DNA from: Candidatus Latescibacterota bacterium
Lineage (GTDB): Bacteria > Latescibacterota > UBA2968 > GCA-2709665
Length of the DNA: 64,000 bases
Direction: 5' to 3'
NCBI GenBank assembly: GCA_965116875.1
Contig: OZ220733.1
Location: 800,001 to 864,000 of the forward strand
Shown: one piece after another, positions 37,775 to 48,988 of the stretch
How the letters are laid out: the number at the start of each line of letters is the position of its first letter
How positions within the stretch are numbered: position 1 is the first letter of the stretch
Position numbers and translations under genes: made by a program
Notes under the pieces: generated by a model
What the model was told of the DNA's origin: nothing
Seen by the model: the letters and a program-made list of their open reading frames with translations, nothing else
Database searches by the model: none

Positions 37775-40352
37775 ATGAGGACGTTCCGGGAACAGAACCG
37801 GCTTATCGGCGCCCTCGTTTTTCTGATCACGTGTATCGCATACATCCGAACCGTTGCGCCCACGGTCACCTTCTGGGACACCGGTGAGTTTATCGCGGCC
37901 TCGTACATCCTCGGCGTGCCGCATCCACCCGGCGCGCCGTTTCATACCCTCCTGGGCCGCATCTTCACCCTCTTCGTAACACCCGAGAACGTTGCCTTCA
38001 GCGTCAACCTGATTTCGGTGCTTTCCGGCGCCGCGACAGCCGTCCTGTTATACCTCTGCAGCGTCCGGCTGCTCTCCCGCTGGCTCAGACCCGACCGTAT
38101 ATCCGACCGCATCGCCATCCTGACCGGCGGCGCGGTCGCTGCGCTTTCCGCCGCGTTCTCCACGTCTTTCTGGGCAAATGCCACCGAGGCCGAAGTCTAC
38201 GCACTGTCCATGTTGTTCACCGTCCTGGCATTCTACCTGGCCCTGCGCTGGGACGGCGCGCCGGAAGACAGGTATCGCGACCGCCTGCTCATCTTCATCG
38301 TCTACCTGTTCTTTCTGGGCGCGGGCGTGCACCTGCAGTGCCTGCTCACCGTGCCCGGAATCCTCATCCTGGTCTTCTCCGACCTGCTCAGGGACCGTTC
38401 CACGTCCACACAGGCAACCGTCGTTTTCGGGCTGACGTTATTTCCCTTTTTCTGCATCATTTCTCCGTATCAGGCAGTCACCGTCGGACTGGTACTGGCC
38501 GTGCTCGCGGCGCTCCTGGTATTACGCCCGGCATGGCGTCATCCCGCGTTCTGGCTGTGCGCCATCGGGATGATCGCCCTCGGATATTCCACGTACGCCA
38601 TGCTCTACATCCGTTCGGGCCTGGATCCCTTCATCGACATGAACAACCCGGAGACCTACGAGAATTTCAAGGCCTTCCTCACCCGCCAGCAATACGGCGT
38701 CCATTCCATCTTTCCCCGCCGGGGCGATTTCTGGGATTTTCAGTTCAACATCCATATCAAGTATTTCCTCCAGCAATTCCCGTTTTACGATCAGGGGCTC
38801 GTCGGCCGCTTCTTCTCGGAGACACTGCCCGGGTTCACGGAACGGTTTTCTGTCGGCGAGATGCTGTCCGGGACGTTCCGCAGGGCCGTGGCCAATATGG
38901 ACGGAAACCGGGAAACCATCGCGTATTCCGTTGTGCCCATCCTCCTGGGTGTCGTCGGAGCGGTCAGCCACTTCCGCAGAGACTGGAAGCGATTTGCCAG
39001 CGTGTTCTCCATGATTCTGCTCATGGGGCTTGGACTGGTGTTGTACCTGAATATGCCGGACCCCGAACCCCGCGAACGGGAGTATATCTTCGTTGGCGCG
39101 TACACGTTCTTCGGCCTGTGGATCGGCGGCGGCGCCGCTGCCCTCATCGTGGCGGTCGCGCGCGGTCGCGCGGCGGTTCCCGAGGCCGCGCTGGCCGCGG
39201 TCGTGTGCCTGGCCGTACCCATAGGCCTTCTGCAGAGCAACCACTTCGAACGCGACCGCAGCGGGGACCTTGTCGCTCGCGACTACGCCCGGAACATTCT
39301 GAGTTCCTGCGAACCCGACGCCATCATCTTCACCAACGGAGACAACGACACCTACCCGCTGTGGTTCCTTCAGAATGTCGAGGGACGCTCCTGGTTCCTT
39401 CAGAATGTCGAGGGATTTCGCCGGGACGTCCGGGTGGTCAACCTCAGCCTGCTCAAAACGCCATGGTACGTCAAACAGCTGCGCGACCTGGAACCTGCGC
39501 TTCCCATCCCGATGACGGATGCATTTATTGACAAGGAGGTTGTCGCCAAACCCTGGCCGAGACGATTTGACATTCCTCTTGCAGACAGCACGATTATCGT
39601 CAAGGCCGACGACATCCCGCTCACCGAATTCCAGGTGGGTAGCAGACGCGTGAAAATCCTGGAATCTCACACACTTATGATCTGGTACCTGGTAGAAAAG
39701 AACAACTGGCAGCGTCCGATCTATTTCGCGGTAACGGTTCCCGAACGCAACATGGGAGGTCTCCGGTCCCATCTGTCCATGGAAGGCATGGTATACCGTC
39801 TCGTCCGGCAGAGGGCGCCGGGGCAATTCGACGCCGGACTGACCTCCCGGCATCTGCTCGAGAACTACCGGTATACCGGAATCGCGGACGCCACCGTCTA
39901 CAAGGACCCGGTTGCCCGGCGGCTCATCAGCAATTACCTGGTGATCTTCGAAGGCCTCGTGCGCACGCTGCACCGTCTACAAGGACCCGGTTGCCCGGCG
40001 GCTCATCAGCAATTACCTGGTGATCTTCGAAGGCCTCGTGCGCACGCTGCAACTCCAGGAACGTCCGTCCGAAGCGCTGCAGATCATCAGGGTTGCGGAA
40101 AGCACCATCCCTCCGGAAGCCGTGGGGCGGGACGTGTGGTACTCGCTGATGCACGAGAGCTACCGGAAGCTCGCCGTCAGCTTTCTCCGTGCCGGAAAGA
40201 GAGACAGCGCCAGCCTCTGCCTCGAGGAGCTGATTCGCATCAGTCCTCACGAGGAGGAAAGAGAGCAACTTCGTGAGCATCTTCAGTTTCTTGTCCCGGC
40301 CCTCCGGACCCCTGGAGAAACGGAAACGGAGACCGAAACGAAGGGAGAATAG
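37775..40352 (+). pseudogene. DUF2723 / TMEM260-like protein O-mannosyltransferase-family membrane protein, frameshifted near the 3' end by a 79-bp tandem duplication (may be an assembly error)
   Basis: APTVTFWDTGEF, HPPGAP, EAEVY, EPREREY, FTNGDNDTYPLW; 39892-39970 is repeated at 39971-40049; the native tail continues in ORF 40020-40352. Confidence 0.8.
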
Positions 40353-40368
40353 GCGAACACGTAGAGGA

Positions 40369-40413
40369 AACAGAGACAGGCCGCCTGAATTACGCAGGCG
40401 GCCTGTCTCTGTT
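40369..40413. terminator. Strong hairpin between convergent genes (probable bidirectional terminator)
   Basis: 19-bp perfect inverted repeat aacagagacaggccgcctg / caggcggcctgtctctgtt. Confidence 0.75.
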
Positions 40414-40448
40414 GTGACGATTCTCGATTCGGCGCGACCGAAACGTCC

Positions 40449-41129
40449 TTAAATCCCCCGGAGTCGACGGGCGAACCGGCGCATGAGCAGATAACCCGCG
40501 ATAAACCCGCCGATATGCGCATACCAGGCCACACCGCCGCCCACGCCGCCCGATTCGGCGGACGCGTTCACCAGCTGGATGAGAAACCAGACGCCCAGAA
40601 CGAGCAGCGCGGGCACTCGCACAATCTGGATAAAGAAGAGAAGGAAGACGAAAACATGCACGCGGGCGCCCGGAAAGCGCGCCAGGTAGGCCCCGAGAAT
40701 ACCGGCGATCGCTCCGCTGGCGCCCACCATCGGTATTGTCGAGTCGGGGTCGGAGAGGACGTGGCCCAGTGCGGCCGCCACGCCGCAAAACACGTAAAAC
40801 AGCAAAAAACGAAATCTACCCAGCGTATCTTCGACGTTGTTTCCGAAGATCCACAGATAGAGCATGTTGCCGCCCAGGTGCATCCAGCCGCCGTGCATGA
40901 ACATGGCCGTCAGAAAGGTGAGATAGAGCGGGATCGGCGTTGGCGAGATGGCATCCACGCCATGGGCGACCTCAAACGGGATCAGTCCCATTCGCAACGT
41001 GAATACGTCGAAACCGATGGACCCCAGAGAAACCGAATATAGGAACACCCCCACATTCAGAAGCAGGATGCTCACCGTGAGTACGGGGGCGCGGCGCGTC
41101 GGATTGTCATCTTTGATGGGCAGTATCAT
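40449..41129 (-). CDS. Rhomboid intramembrane serine protease
   Basis: MFMHGGWMHLGGNMLYLWIFGNNVED, GASGAIAG, AHIGGF. Confidence 0.95.
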   Translation of the reverse strand: MILPIKDDNPTRRAPVLTVSILLLNVGVFLYSVSLGSIGFDVFTLRMGLIPFEVAHGVDAISPTPIPLYLTFLTAMFMHGGWMHLGGNMLYLWIFGNNVEDTLGRFRFLLFYVFCGVAAALGHVLSDPDSTIPMVGASGAIAGILGAYLARFPGARVHVFVFLLFFIQIVRVPALLVLGVWFLIQLVNASAESGGVGGGVAWYAHIGGFIAGYLLMRRFARRLRGI

Positions 41130-41133
41130 CTAC

Positions 41134-43413
41134 TTACCGTACCGTGAACGAGCGCACCGCCCGGGCGCTGTTGCCGCAGGCGTCGGTCACCGTGACCTCC
41201 AGCTTGTGGATTCCGGCCGGTAGCGGCTGCCTGGGCCGTGCTTTCACCTGGCCCACCTCGGGATCGTACTCCGCGATCAACCGTTTTCCGTCCAGATGCA
41301 TGAGGATATCCTCCTCCCGACGGATACCCGAGTCCCGGTCGCCGATCGCGGCGACAAGCACAGGCCGTCTGTTGGAAACCTTCACGTGCGGCTTCGGTCT
41401 CCGGATTCTTACCCGGGGTGGTGTCTCATCAAGCAACAGCGCATACGTGGAAAAACTCGAGACGTCGGCAGCCACGGCGTGCCGTCCCCGTACCGCCCGG
41501 TTGCCCACGAAAACCCAGGCGCCGCCCCGGGTCAACCGATAGACACCCAATCGCTCCGGGCGACTGAAGTCCGCGGGGTATCGGAGGACGATTTCGGCCT
41601 TGCGCCGGAACGGCACGTCCTCCGGCCCGAACCGGTAACCGGTCCCAACCATCTTCAGACGTTTCGATCCTCTTCCAGGAACGACAGAGATCCGTCCAAA
41701 GAAAGGCCCGTAGGCGTCATCGGCGTCGAAGCGGGCTTCCGCCATGCCGTCGGGGGACCGCACAAGCCCACCCTTGCGACGAACCGGCGTCTGCGGGAGG
41801 CGTACCACGCTGCGTCCCGTATTGCCTTTCCAGTCGACCGCGAACAGGACGGCCTCAACTTCACCATTCACGTCCGGATTGAATCGTACAACGGTTTCGT
41901 AGCCGTAGAGACTCCGCTGAATCACCTCAGGTGTGGTCTTGCCGTTCGCGGGCCAATTCAGGGTTACCTCCGGCGCGGCCGACAGAAGCCGCTTCGACAC
42001 GATCTTCAATACGGCGAAGTGGGGGTAGTAGCGTACGTCGCATTCCAGCAGGCCTGGTTTCGTGTCGCTCCCCGGCGGCGAAACAGGCGAGCAGACCTGA
42101 AAGCCCTCGGACCCGAAACGGTCCCGGGCGCGCACCCTGTAGACTGCATCCGGGAGGTGCGGGAATTCCGCGCGAACCCGGCCGAGCGAATCAGGGGCGA
42201 CCGTGCTTACGGGACGCCAGGATCGTCCGCCACTCGAAGACCGCTCAACAACGATCGTTTCCGGATTCTCGTCCCGCACACGCGCACGCATCCGAACGGA
42301 ACCGCCGCTGAGTTCGGATTGCGCGTCCACGACGCGCGGAACCGAGTTCACGATCACCTCCAGATCCGCACGGGATCGATTTCCGGCTGCGTCTTCAACC
42401 AGCACCCGGAGACGGTTTCTGCCCGGGTTCAGGGCAACGCCGCGGCCGGAGGGCGAGATTCCCGCATACAGGACGCCGTCACCCACCCTGTACTTCCCGT
42501 ATAGTGGAAGCTGATTCCCCGCGGAGCGGTACAGGTTGTGATAAATCCCCGCGCCGCGAACCTTTAGAATGAAATTGCGATCCAGTTCGACCTGGTTGAC
42601 CTGATTGTACGCGAAGACTGTGTACGTGGTCTCGAAAACCTCACGGTCGTTTACGTACAGCCGCAGCCGGTACGGCGCGAAGCGGTTGCTGAGTACGCTT
42701 GCATCGGCCCGGTCGTATGTCTTGACACTGACGCCGATACGGCCGGATATCATGGGCGCTGTACGTGCGACGTACCGCTTCCGTTCCGGACGCCATTTCA
42801 CGCCGATCGTCGCAGCGTCGGTCTTGTCAGAAACGCGGGAATCGGCATCCATGGGAGTCAGAGCCAGAGACTGTATGGTCGGCGCAATCGTGTCTTTCAC
42901 GTCAAATCCGTGAAGCAAGCCGTTTATGGGCCGTTGATTCCTGTCGCGAATCTCGAAATGCAGGTGCGGCACCCCGCTGCCGGTACTGCCGGAATATCCA
43001 AGAGTCTCTCCGCGTTTGACCCGAATCTGGTTCGGCTTGACGAAGAGATTGACACTGTAATAGCCCTTCCGATCCTGTTCCGCCTCGACAACGGCCCGTA
43101 CCCGGGGCGCAAAGCCCGAGAGATGCGCATAGACCGCAGTCCGGCCGTCTTTCAGCCTGATGTATACCACTTTTCCGTACCCCCAGGGCGAGGTCCGGAC
43201 CCGCCATACGTACCCGTCGTCAACGGCCAGCACGGGGTACCCTTCCTTCCCCCACGTTTTGAAGTCGAGCCCCGCATGGAATCGTCGCGGCCGATATTCG
43301 CCAAAGGAGGAGGTGAGGGCGGGCGGGGCCTCCATCGGCCAATGGTAGTCCCGGGACTCCGCGATGCCGGAATACGCAAGGCAGAGATAGAAGAACAGCA
43401 GGATCATCCGCAT
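41134..43413 (-). CDS. M23 family metallopeptidase with C-terminal Ig-like domains
   Basis: FGEYRPRRFHAGLD, YAHL, PHLHFEIR; signal peptide from ATG 43413 with AAGGAGG. Confidence 0.92.
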   Translation of the reverse strand: MRMILLFFYLCLAYSGIAESRDYHWPMEAPPALTSSFGEYRPRRFHAGLDFKTWGKEGYPVLAVDDGYVWRVRTSPWGYGKVVYIRLKDGRTAVYAHLSGFAPRVRAVVEAEQDRKGYYSVNLFVKPNQIRVKRGETLGYSGSTGSGVPHLHFEIRDRNQRPINGLLHGFDVKDTIAPTIQSLALTPMDADSRVSDKTDAATIGVKWRPERKRYVARTAPMISGRIGVSVKTYDRADASVLSNRFAPYRLRLYVNDREVFETTYTVFAYNQVNQVELDRNFILKVRGAGIYHNLYRSAGNQLPLYGKYRVGDGVLYAGISPSGRGVALNPGRNRLRVLVEDAAGNRSRADLEVIVNSVPRVVDAQSELSGGSVRMRARVRDENPETIVVERSSSGGRSWRPVSTVAPDSLGRVRAEFPHLPDAVYRVRARDRFGSEGFQVCSPVSPPGSDTKPGLLECDVRYYPHFAVLKIVSKRLLSAAPEVTLNWPANGKTTPEVIQRSLYGYETVVRFNPDVNGEVEAVLFAVDWKGNTGRSVVRLPQTPVRRKGGLVRSPDGMAEARFDADDAYGPFFGRISVVPGRGSKRLKMVGTGYRFGPEDVPFRRKAEIVLRYPADFSRPERLGVYRLTRGGAWVFVGNRAVRGRHAVAADVSSFSTYALLLDETPPRVRIRRPKPHVKVSNRRPVLVAAIGDRDSGIRREEDILMHLDGKRLIAEYDPEVGQVKARPRQPLPAGIHKLEVTVTDACGNSARAVRSFTVR

Positions 43414-43476
43414 CGGAATCGAACCTCCTTTTCCGGCAACGCGGGCGGTTGGTTTTTCCCTATTCATGCGCGACAC

Positions 43477-43505
43477 ATTATAGGAATTTTGTCTGCCGGG
43501 GTCAA
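43477..43505 (-). promoter_or_regulatory. sigma70 promoter of the M23-rhomboid pair
   Basis: TTGACC-17 bp-TATAAT on the minus strand. Confidence 0.7.
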
Positions 43506-43582
43506 GCGAGCGCCGGCTCTTTTCCAGCAGGCAAAAAAGACTTGCCTGCAAATCCCCGTTCCTATAATTTATCGTGTTGTCA

Positions 43583-43798
43583 GAAGCTGTTTTAAAATGA
43601 CCGGTGAGTTCCCGAGCGCGTGCGAAAAAGCGGCGGTCAAGGCGGGAAAATCCGTCCATATACTCATGTATCGTGGCTGCGCGCCCCTCGCCACTCCTGG
43701 GTGGATTTGACCAACGCCGACCGGCGCTTTTGCAGCCGCCTGCCTTGCCTGCCGCAGCAGGCAGGCGCGAAGACCGCTGGGAATTTTAAGACAGCTTC
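43583..43798 (-). mobile_element. Family A MITE, inverted, expanded to 216 bp by two internal insertions
   Basis: Both TIRs intact; flanks tca / tta; extra segments near 43661-43698 and cctgccttgcctgccgcagcaggcagg near 43739-43766. Confidence 0.88.
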
Positions 43799-43881
43799 TT
43801 ATGTAATGATTCGAAAAATCCGAGGGCAGGCGCCGCCTCGAAATGGCGCCTTCTTTCCTTCCATCGGAGGGTGTCTATCGC

Positions 43882-45702
43882 ATGCTCAAAAATCTGCGCA
43901 ACGTAGTCCTCATCAAAGCCATGATGTGGATCGTAGCCATTTCCTTCGTGGCGCTGATGGTCTTCGACTGGGGCGCCGGGGGTATGACCTGCGCCGGACC
44001 GGGCGATACCGTGGGTGTGATCAACGGTCAGAAGATCAGCCACCAGCAATTCGTCGAAGCGTTGCGTGACGCCTCACGCGAGGCCAAAGCCCGGAACAAC
44101 GCAGAACCCGAAGAAGGCCAGCTCATCCGCCAGATCTGGGACCAGATGGTGGCACAGATCCTGTACGCCCAGCAGATTGAGGAACTCGATATTGCGGTTT
44201 CCGATGCGGAGGTCAACTTCATCAATCGGAATCAGCCCGTCGAATGGGTGCAGAACCAGGACGTCTTTCAGACCGACGGTAAATTCGATCCGGATAAATA
44301 CGGCAGATTTCTGGACGACCCCGGCACCTACTCGAGCCCTGAGAGAAAGCAGTTCGTACTCAGCGCCGAATACGCCGTCAGGCAGGCGGTTCTGATCCGC
44401 AAGCTGCAGGAAATGGTCGCAGGCGGGGTGCGCGTGACTTCGGCGGAGGTCCGGGAAGCTTTCGTTCGGCAGAAAGAGAAGGTACGTGTCGCCTACGCGG
44501 CTGTAGAGGCCTTTTCCATCGCCGACTCGCTGGTTTCGGTTCCGGACGATCGGATTCGCGCTTATTATGAAGACCACCCTGACGAATTTCATCGGGAAGC
44601 GGCCGTCAATGCCACCTATGTCGCATTCGAGAAGAAGCCCTCGGCGGCAGACGAAGCCGGCGCCGAAGCCGAAATCCGGGACCTGCTCGCTGAAATCCGC
44701 GGCGGTGCAGACTTCGCCGCGCTGGCAAAAAGCAGTTCGGAAGATCCGGGCAGTGCGGAACGGGGCGGAGATCTCGGGTTCTTCGGGCGCGGAAGGATGG
44801 TAAAGCCCTTTGAGGAAGCGGCATTTTCTCTTGAACCGGGTGAGGTCTCAGAACCCGTACAGACCCAGTTCGGATGGCACGTTCTCAAGGTTGAGGAACG
44901 CAAAGGCGAGGGTGACGGGCTCCAGGTCCGCGCCAGGCACATCCTGCTGAAAATTCGTCCGGGCAGGGACACGCTGGACAGCCTCCGCCTTACGGCAGAA
45001 GAATTCCAGGAGCGGGCGGAAGAATCGGAATTCCTGACGGCCGTAGCTGAACAGGGTCTTCAGGCGAAAGAAACCGGATTCATCACCGCCGGCGGGTTTT
45101 TCCCGCTGCTGGGAAACAGGACGTCCGGTCTGGTCAATTCCTTTCTCAACGCTACGCCCGGCAGGATCTCTCCAATTTACGAGACCGAAGAGGGCATCTA
45201 CGTCTTCGCCCTCGTGGCCAGGCGGGAAGCAGGCCCGCAGCCGCTTGACGAAGTCCACAATCGCATTTCAACCAAACTCAAGACTGCAGAAAAAGTCAAG
45301 ATTGCTTCCGTGCGCGTCCAACCGCTGCTTGAGGACGTTCGTACCGGGCAAAGCCTTTCAGATGCGGCGGGCAATCGCAACATTCGCTTCGCCGAATCCG
45401 AACTCTTCGGCCGTGACGAATTCGTTCAGGGCGTCGGCCGCAGGAACGCATTTACCGGCTCTGCATTCCGGCTTGAAGAGGGAACGACCAGCGACGTGGT
45501 CACCACGGACAGGGGCGCGTACGTGCTGCAGTTGCTGGAGAGAAGGCCGATTGACGAAACCGAATTCGAATCGGCAGGCCCTGAACTGGTTCAACGCCTG
45601 CGGTCCGAGAAACAGAACGAAGTCCTGGCGGCCTGGTTCAGCGACCTTAAGGAGCAGGCGGAAATCATCGACAATCGGCATCTGTTTTACTCGAACTTTT
45701 AG
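43882..45702 (+). CDS. PpiD/SurA-like periplasmic peptidyl-prolyl isomerase chaperone
   Basis: N-terminal TM anchor; parvulin motifs [43 protein letters not shown]. Confidence 0.92.
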   Translation: MLKNLRNVVLIKAMMWIVAISFVALMVFDWGAGGMTCAGPGDTVGVINGQKISHQQFVEALRDASREAKARNNAEPEEGQLIRQIWDQMVAQILYAQQIEELDIAVSDAEVNFINRNQPVEWVQNQDVFQTDGKFDPDKYGRFLDDPGTYSSPERKQFVLSAEYAVRQAVLIRKLQEMVAGGVRVTSAEVREAFVRQKEKVRVAYAAVEAFSIADSLVSVPDDRIRAYYEDHPDEFHREAAVNATYVAFEKKPSAADEAGAEAEIRDLLAEIRGGADFAALAKSSSEDPGSAERGGDLGFFGRGRMVKPFEEAAFSLEPGEVSEPVQTQFGWHVLKVEERKGEGDGLQVRARHILLKIRPGRDTLDSLRLTAEEFQERAEESEFLTAVAEQGLQAKETGFITAGGFFPLLGNRTSGLVNSFLNATPGRISPIYETEEGIYVFALVARREAGPQPLDEVHNRISTKLKTAEKVKIASVRVQPLLEDVRTGQSLSDAAGNRNIRFAESELFGRDEFVQGVGRRNAFTGSAFRLEEGTTSDVVTTDRGAYVLQLLERRPIDETEFESAGPELVQRLRSEKQNEVLAAWFSDLKEQAEIIDNRHLFYSNF

Positions 45703-45740
45703 AGGCTGTCTCAAGATCCCCGGGAAATTTAAAACAGCTC
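45702..45740 (+). mobile_element. Minimal family A remnant (two TIRs, almost no interior)
   Basis: gaggctgtctcaagatcccc...aaatttaaaacagctc, overlapping the ppiD TAG. Confidence 0.65.
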
Positions 45741-45797
45741 TATAAGCGGAATCCGGGCGAGCCCGTGCGTTCCCGATCCGTCGCCCGACCGCACAGG

Positions 45798-46505
45798 ATG
45801 ACTCGCGTGGCCGTCATTACCGTCTCACGCCAGCTCGGCAGCATTGGCGATCTGGTAGCCCGCCGGGCGTCGGAAGTTCTCAGCTACGACTTCGTGGACA
45901 AGGACCTGATCACGGAAGTCGCGAGAGAAGCCAATGTGCCGGAATCCGAAGTCGAGAGGTTCGACGAACAGTCGCAAAGTGCGGTAAAACGATTCATCTA
46001 CAGCCTGATCGTGCCGTCGCGGTCCGTACCGACACCCCCGGCCATGCTCTGGGGCCTGGAGTTTCCCTACGAGGTATCGGCGGCGCTACCGGCCGGGAAA
46101 GCGACGGCCAACGAGGAAAAGCACCTTCTGGACCAGAGAGACTACCTCAGATTTCTTCAGGCCACGGTCCACCGCCTTCGGAAACGGGGAAGGATCATCA
46201 TCGTAGGCCGGGGAGGCCAGGCCATCCTGCGGGATGACCCCGATACGCTGCACGTCCGCACCGTAGCGCCTCTGGAACAACGCATCCAGGTCGTAATGGA
46301 ACGCCTCAAGCTGGGTACCCGAAAAGAGGCCGAAGAACTGATTCAGAAAAGTGACAGACGCCGGGCCGCCTACCTCAGAGACAACTACGACGTCAACTGG
46401 GACGATCCTGCCCTGTATCACGTTGTTGTGAATACGGGCAGAACCTGCCTCGAATCCGCCGCTCGCATCTTCCAGCACTCCGTTAACGCACTCGGCCGGG
46501 CGTGA
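45798..46505 (+). CDS. Cytidylate kinase-like family protein
   Basis: VITVSRQLGSIG, IIVGRGGQAIL, SDRRRAAY, WDDPALYHVVVNTG. Confidence 0.88.
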   Translation: MTRVAVITVSRQLGSIGDLVARRASEVLSYDFVDKDLITEVAREANVPESEVERFDEQSQSAVKRFIYSLIVPSRSVPTPPAMLWGLEFPYEVSAALPAGKATANEEKHLLDQRDYLRFLQATVHRLRKRGRIIIVGRGGQAILRDDPDTLHVRTVAPLEQRIQVVMERLKLGTRKEAEELIQKSDRRRAAYLRDNYDVNWDDPALYHVVVNTGRTCLESAARIFQHSVNALGRA

Positions 46506-46819
46506 AAGCGCCAACGGTCGCACCGGCTCCCCGCTTCGCCAATCGTTGACCGGTCCGAAAGGGAATTTTTCTTTTCGCTTCCACCGATCCGGTGTATCCT
46601 GCGAATCCGCGGTTGAATCACCTTGATTGATCTCAATGCCGAGAAAAAAAATCAACCGTCAAATTGCCGCAATGAGCCTGAATGCGGGTAGAGGGAAGAC
46701 AGAAATGGAAGCCCTTGCCCGGAACGACCGTACATTCCTGCCGCGAGCGGCTGCCAATCCCCCGATGGGATTACCGCTGCCAACGCGTCACGGACGTGGA
46801 TGGCGAAAGGTCAGGAACG

Positions 46820-48928
46820 ATGCCCCCTGAAATCAGCCGGTCAAGAATGCGTTCCATCTCCAACAAGGACCTCTTCGGTGCGATTGACATGAAGGGGGCA
46901 GACCTGAAGCCGGTCCGAAAGGCCGTGAAGACCGGAAAATGGAAGCAGGCGGCCGCGGCATGGGGCGATTACTTTTCCGCCCGGAAAAAGCCCCTCAATA
47001 TGGTTGCGCCAACCGGCGACGAGCCGGACCAGGAACGCATTCGCGAAGCCGAACGAGTCGTCGCGCACGAGATTCAGGGCTGGCACGACCTGACGTACAA
47101 GTTCGGAAAGACCGTCGACTTCAACGCGAACTGGGGACGGTCGGGCATCTACGGTACCCATTACTGGGGATGGGCCGATTGCCTTCGGGTCGCTTTCGGG
47201 CAGACCGGCGACCCCCGCTACGTGGAATGTTTCGACGACCTGTTCAACCAGTGGTACGAGCAGCGCAACAGCATTGACAACCCCGCCATACACGACGTCA
47301 TTTTCTACGAACTCGGTCTGGGGGGCCGCACACCCAGGTTCATCGATCACTACTTCGCGTATCGGTCCACCGGCATCCTGAAGCCCGTCACCCATCGACG
47401 CCTGTTGAAATCCATCCTGGGCGCCGGGCGCTGGCTCTATCTCCTTGAAAAAGAAGAAGGCTACCGCAGCGGGAACTGGCAGATGTGCGGTTCATGGGCG
47501 CTCGTCTACGCCGGCGGACTCTTCCCGGAATTCAGGGAGGCGCGACGCTGGGTAAAAATCGGCGTGAAGCGACTCCTGGAGCACGTCGAGAGGGACTTCT
47601 ATGATGACGGCTGCCACCACGAACGCGCCTCAGGTTATGGTTCGTGGTGTACCCGAATCAGCGAGGACCTCCTGACGTTCTCGGACAGGATCCCGCACAT
47701 CAGGATGGAAGCCGACCTGCGCGACCGCATCGAACGGATGTACGACTGGTTCCTGTCCACCACCTCCCCCCTGGGCGAGTCCCAGGGATTCAACGACGGA
47801 GGCATCGGGCCGCAGGATGGCATATTGCGGAGGGCCGCCGAGCGTACCGGAGACGGCAGATATCTCTGGCCCGTGCGCGACAGGATCGAGTCCGGTTCCC
47901 GAATCCGGCCGAAGAAACCCGATTATACGTCCATAGACAGACGGCCATCGGGATTTGCCGTCATGCGTTCGGACTGGAATAAGGATGCCCGATATCTGAT
48001 CGTCAACTATGGCCCGTGGGGCGGCGGCCATACCCATAACGACCTGCTCGACTTCGAGCTTTACGCCTACGGAGAACCGCTGGCCGTAGAGGCTACCCGC
48101 TGGGGGCCCTATGACAATCCTCTCGATCAGTATTTCCGTTCTCCCCAGGCCCACAACCAGCTTGTGGTCAACGACGCGCCGATGGACCGGGTCCATCACC
48201 GAGGCGAGGACGTCTCCTGGGCGACGGGAAAAACGCTGGACTTTTTTTCAGCAATCCACAGGGCATGGGAAGAGCAATACGCCACCCGCGTCGAGCGCCG
48301 CGTTACGTTTCTGAAACCTGACTATTTCCTCGTATCCGACGCCGTTTTTGAAGGTCCCCAGCACCATGCCTACACCTGGTACCTCCACTCCCCGGCCAGG
48401 TGGAAAGGCAGCCGAAGCCGTATGCTCACCCTAGGACGGCCGGGATTACAGGTCGTCCCGGCAAAACCCTCGGAGATTCACTACGTCCGACGCGGAACCT
48501 CGTATGAGGCACGGGACGGCACGCCCGGAAGATACCCCAACCGCTACTGGATCGGTCTGCAGAAATGGGTCCGGGGCGAAGGCGCGAATGCCGTTGTGTA
48601 CGACGTCGCGCTCGTTCCGTTCAAGTCGGAACCGGGTGACGTCAAAGTGTCCCGGCGCGCGGTTAGCATCGACGGACGAACCTGCCGCCCGGAAGTCGCG
48701 CGCGGCGTCCGGATCCAGAGCGGCGACCGGGATGATCTCGTGGTCTACGGCAGGGAAGGAGAATCCGTTGAATGCGACGGCCTGTCCTTCAGAGGGAAGG
48801 TCTGCGTTCTCTCGTTTCGGGAGGAGCGACCGGTCCACGTCTCGGCGCTGGATGGCGGAGAGGTATCCTACAACGGCCAGCCGCTGATTCGCACGAAGCG
48901 CGCGGGTCTCAACGAACGCGACCTATAA
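46820..48928 (+). CDS. Heparinase II/III family polysaccharide lyase
   Basis: GNWQ, DDGCHHERASGY, FND, SGFAVMRSDW, GGHTHNDLL.F, AHNQLVVN. Confidence 0.88.
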   Translation: MPPEISRSRMRSISNKDLFGAIDMKGADLKPVRKAVKTGKWKQAAAAWGDYFSARKKPLNMVAPTGDEPDQERIREAERVVAHEIQGWHDLTYKFGKTVDFNANWGRSGIYGTHYWGWADCLRVAFGQTGDPRYVECFDDLFNQWYEQRNSIDNPAIHDVIFYELGLGGRTPRFIDHYFAYRSTGILKPVTHRRLLKSILGAGRWLYLLEKEEGYRSGNWQMCGSWALVYAGGLFPEFREARRWVKIGVKRLLEHVERDFYDDGCHHERASGYGSWCTRISEDLLTFSDRIPHIRMEADLRDRIERMYDWFLSTTSPLGESQGFNDGGIGPQDGILRRAAERTGDGRYLWPVRDRIESGSRIRPKKPDYTSIDRRPSGFAVMRSDWNKDARYLIVNYGPWGGGHTHNDLLDFELYAYGEPLAVEATRWGPYDNPLDQYFRSPQAHNQLVVNDAPMDRVHHRGEDVSWATGKTLDFFSAIHRAWEEQYATRVERRVTFLKPDYFLVSDAVFEGPQHHAYTWYLHSPARWKGSRSRMLTLGRPGLQVVPAKPSEIHYVRRGTSYEARDGTPGRYPNRYWIGLQKWVRGEGANAVVYDVALVPFKSEPGDVKVSRRAVSIDGRTCRPEVARGVRIQSGDRDDLVVYGREGESVECDGLSFRGKVCVLSFREERPVHVSALDGGEVSYNGQPLIRTKRAGLNERDL

Positions 48929-48988
48929 CCCGCATCCGGAACCGCACTGCGTTTCGGAAACGGACGCAACCTGACACCGGTTACTCCG

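Noticed and set aside
39892-40049. Diversity-generating retroelement template/variable repeat pair
   Set aside because: The copies are adjacent and identical with no adenine-specific differences, and no reverse transcriptase is present.
40316-40340. ETETETET microsatellite as a phase-variation tract
   Set aside because: Imperfect 6-bp unit, in frame, at the extreme C-terminus; no switching effect expected.
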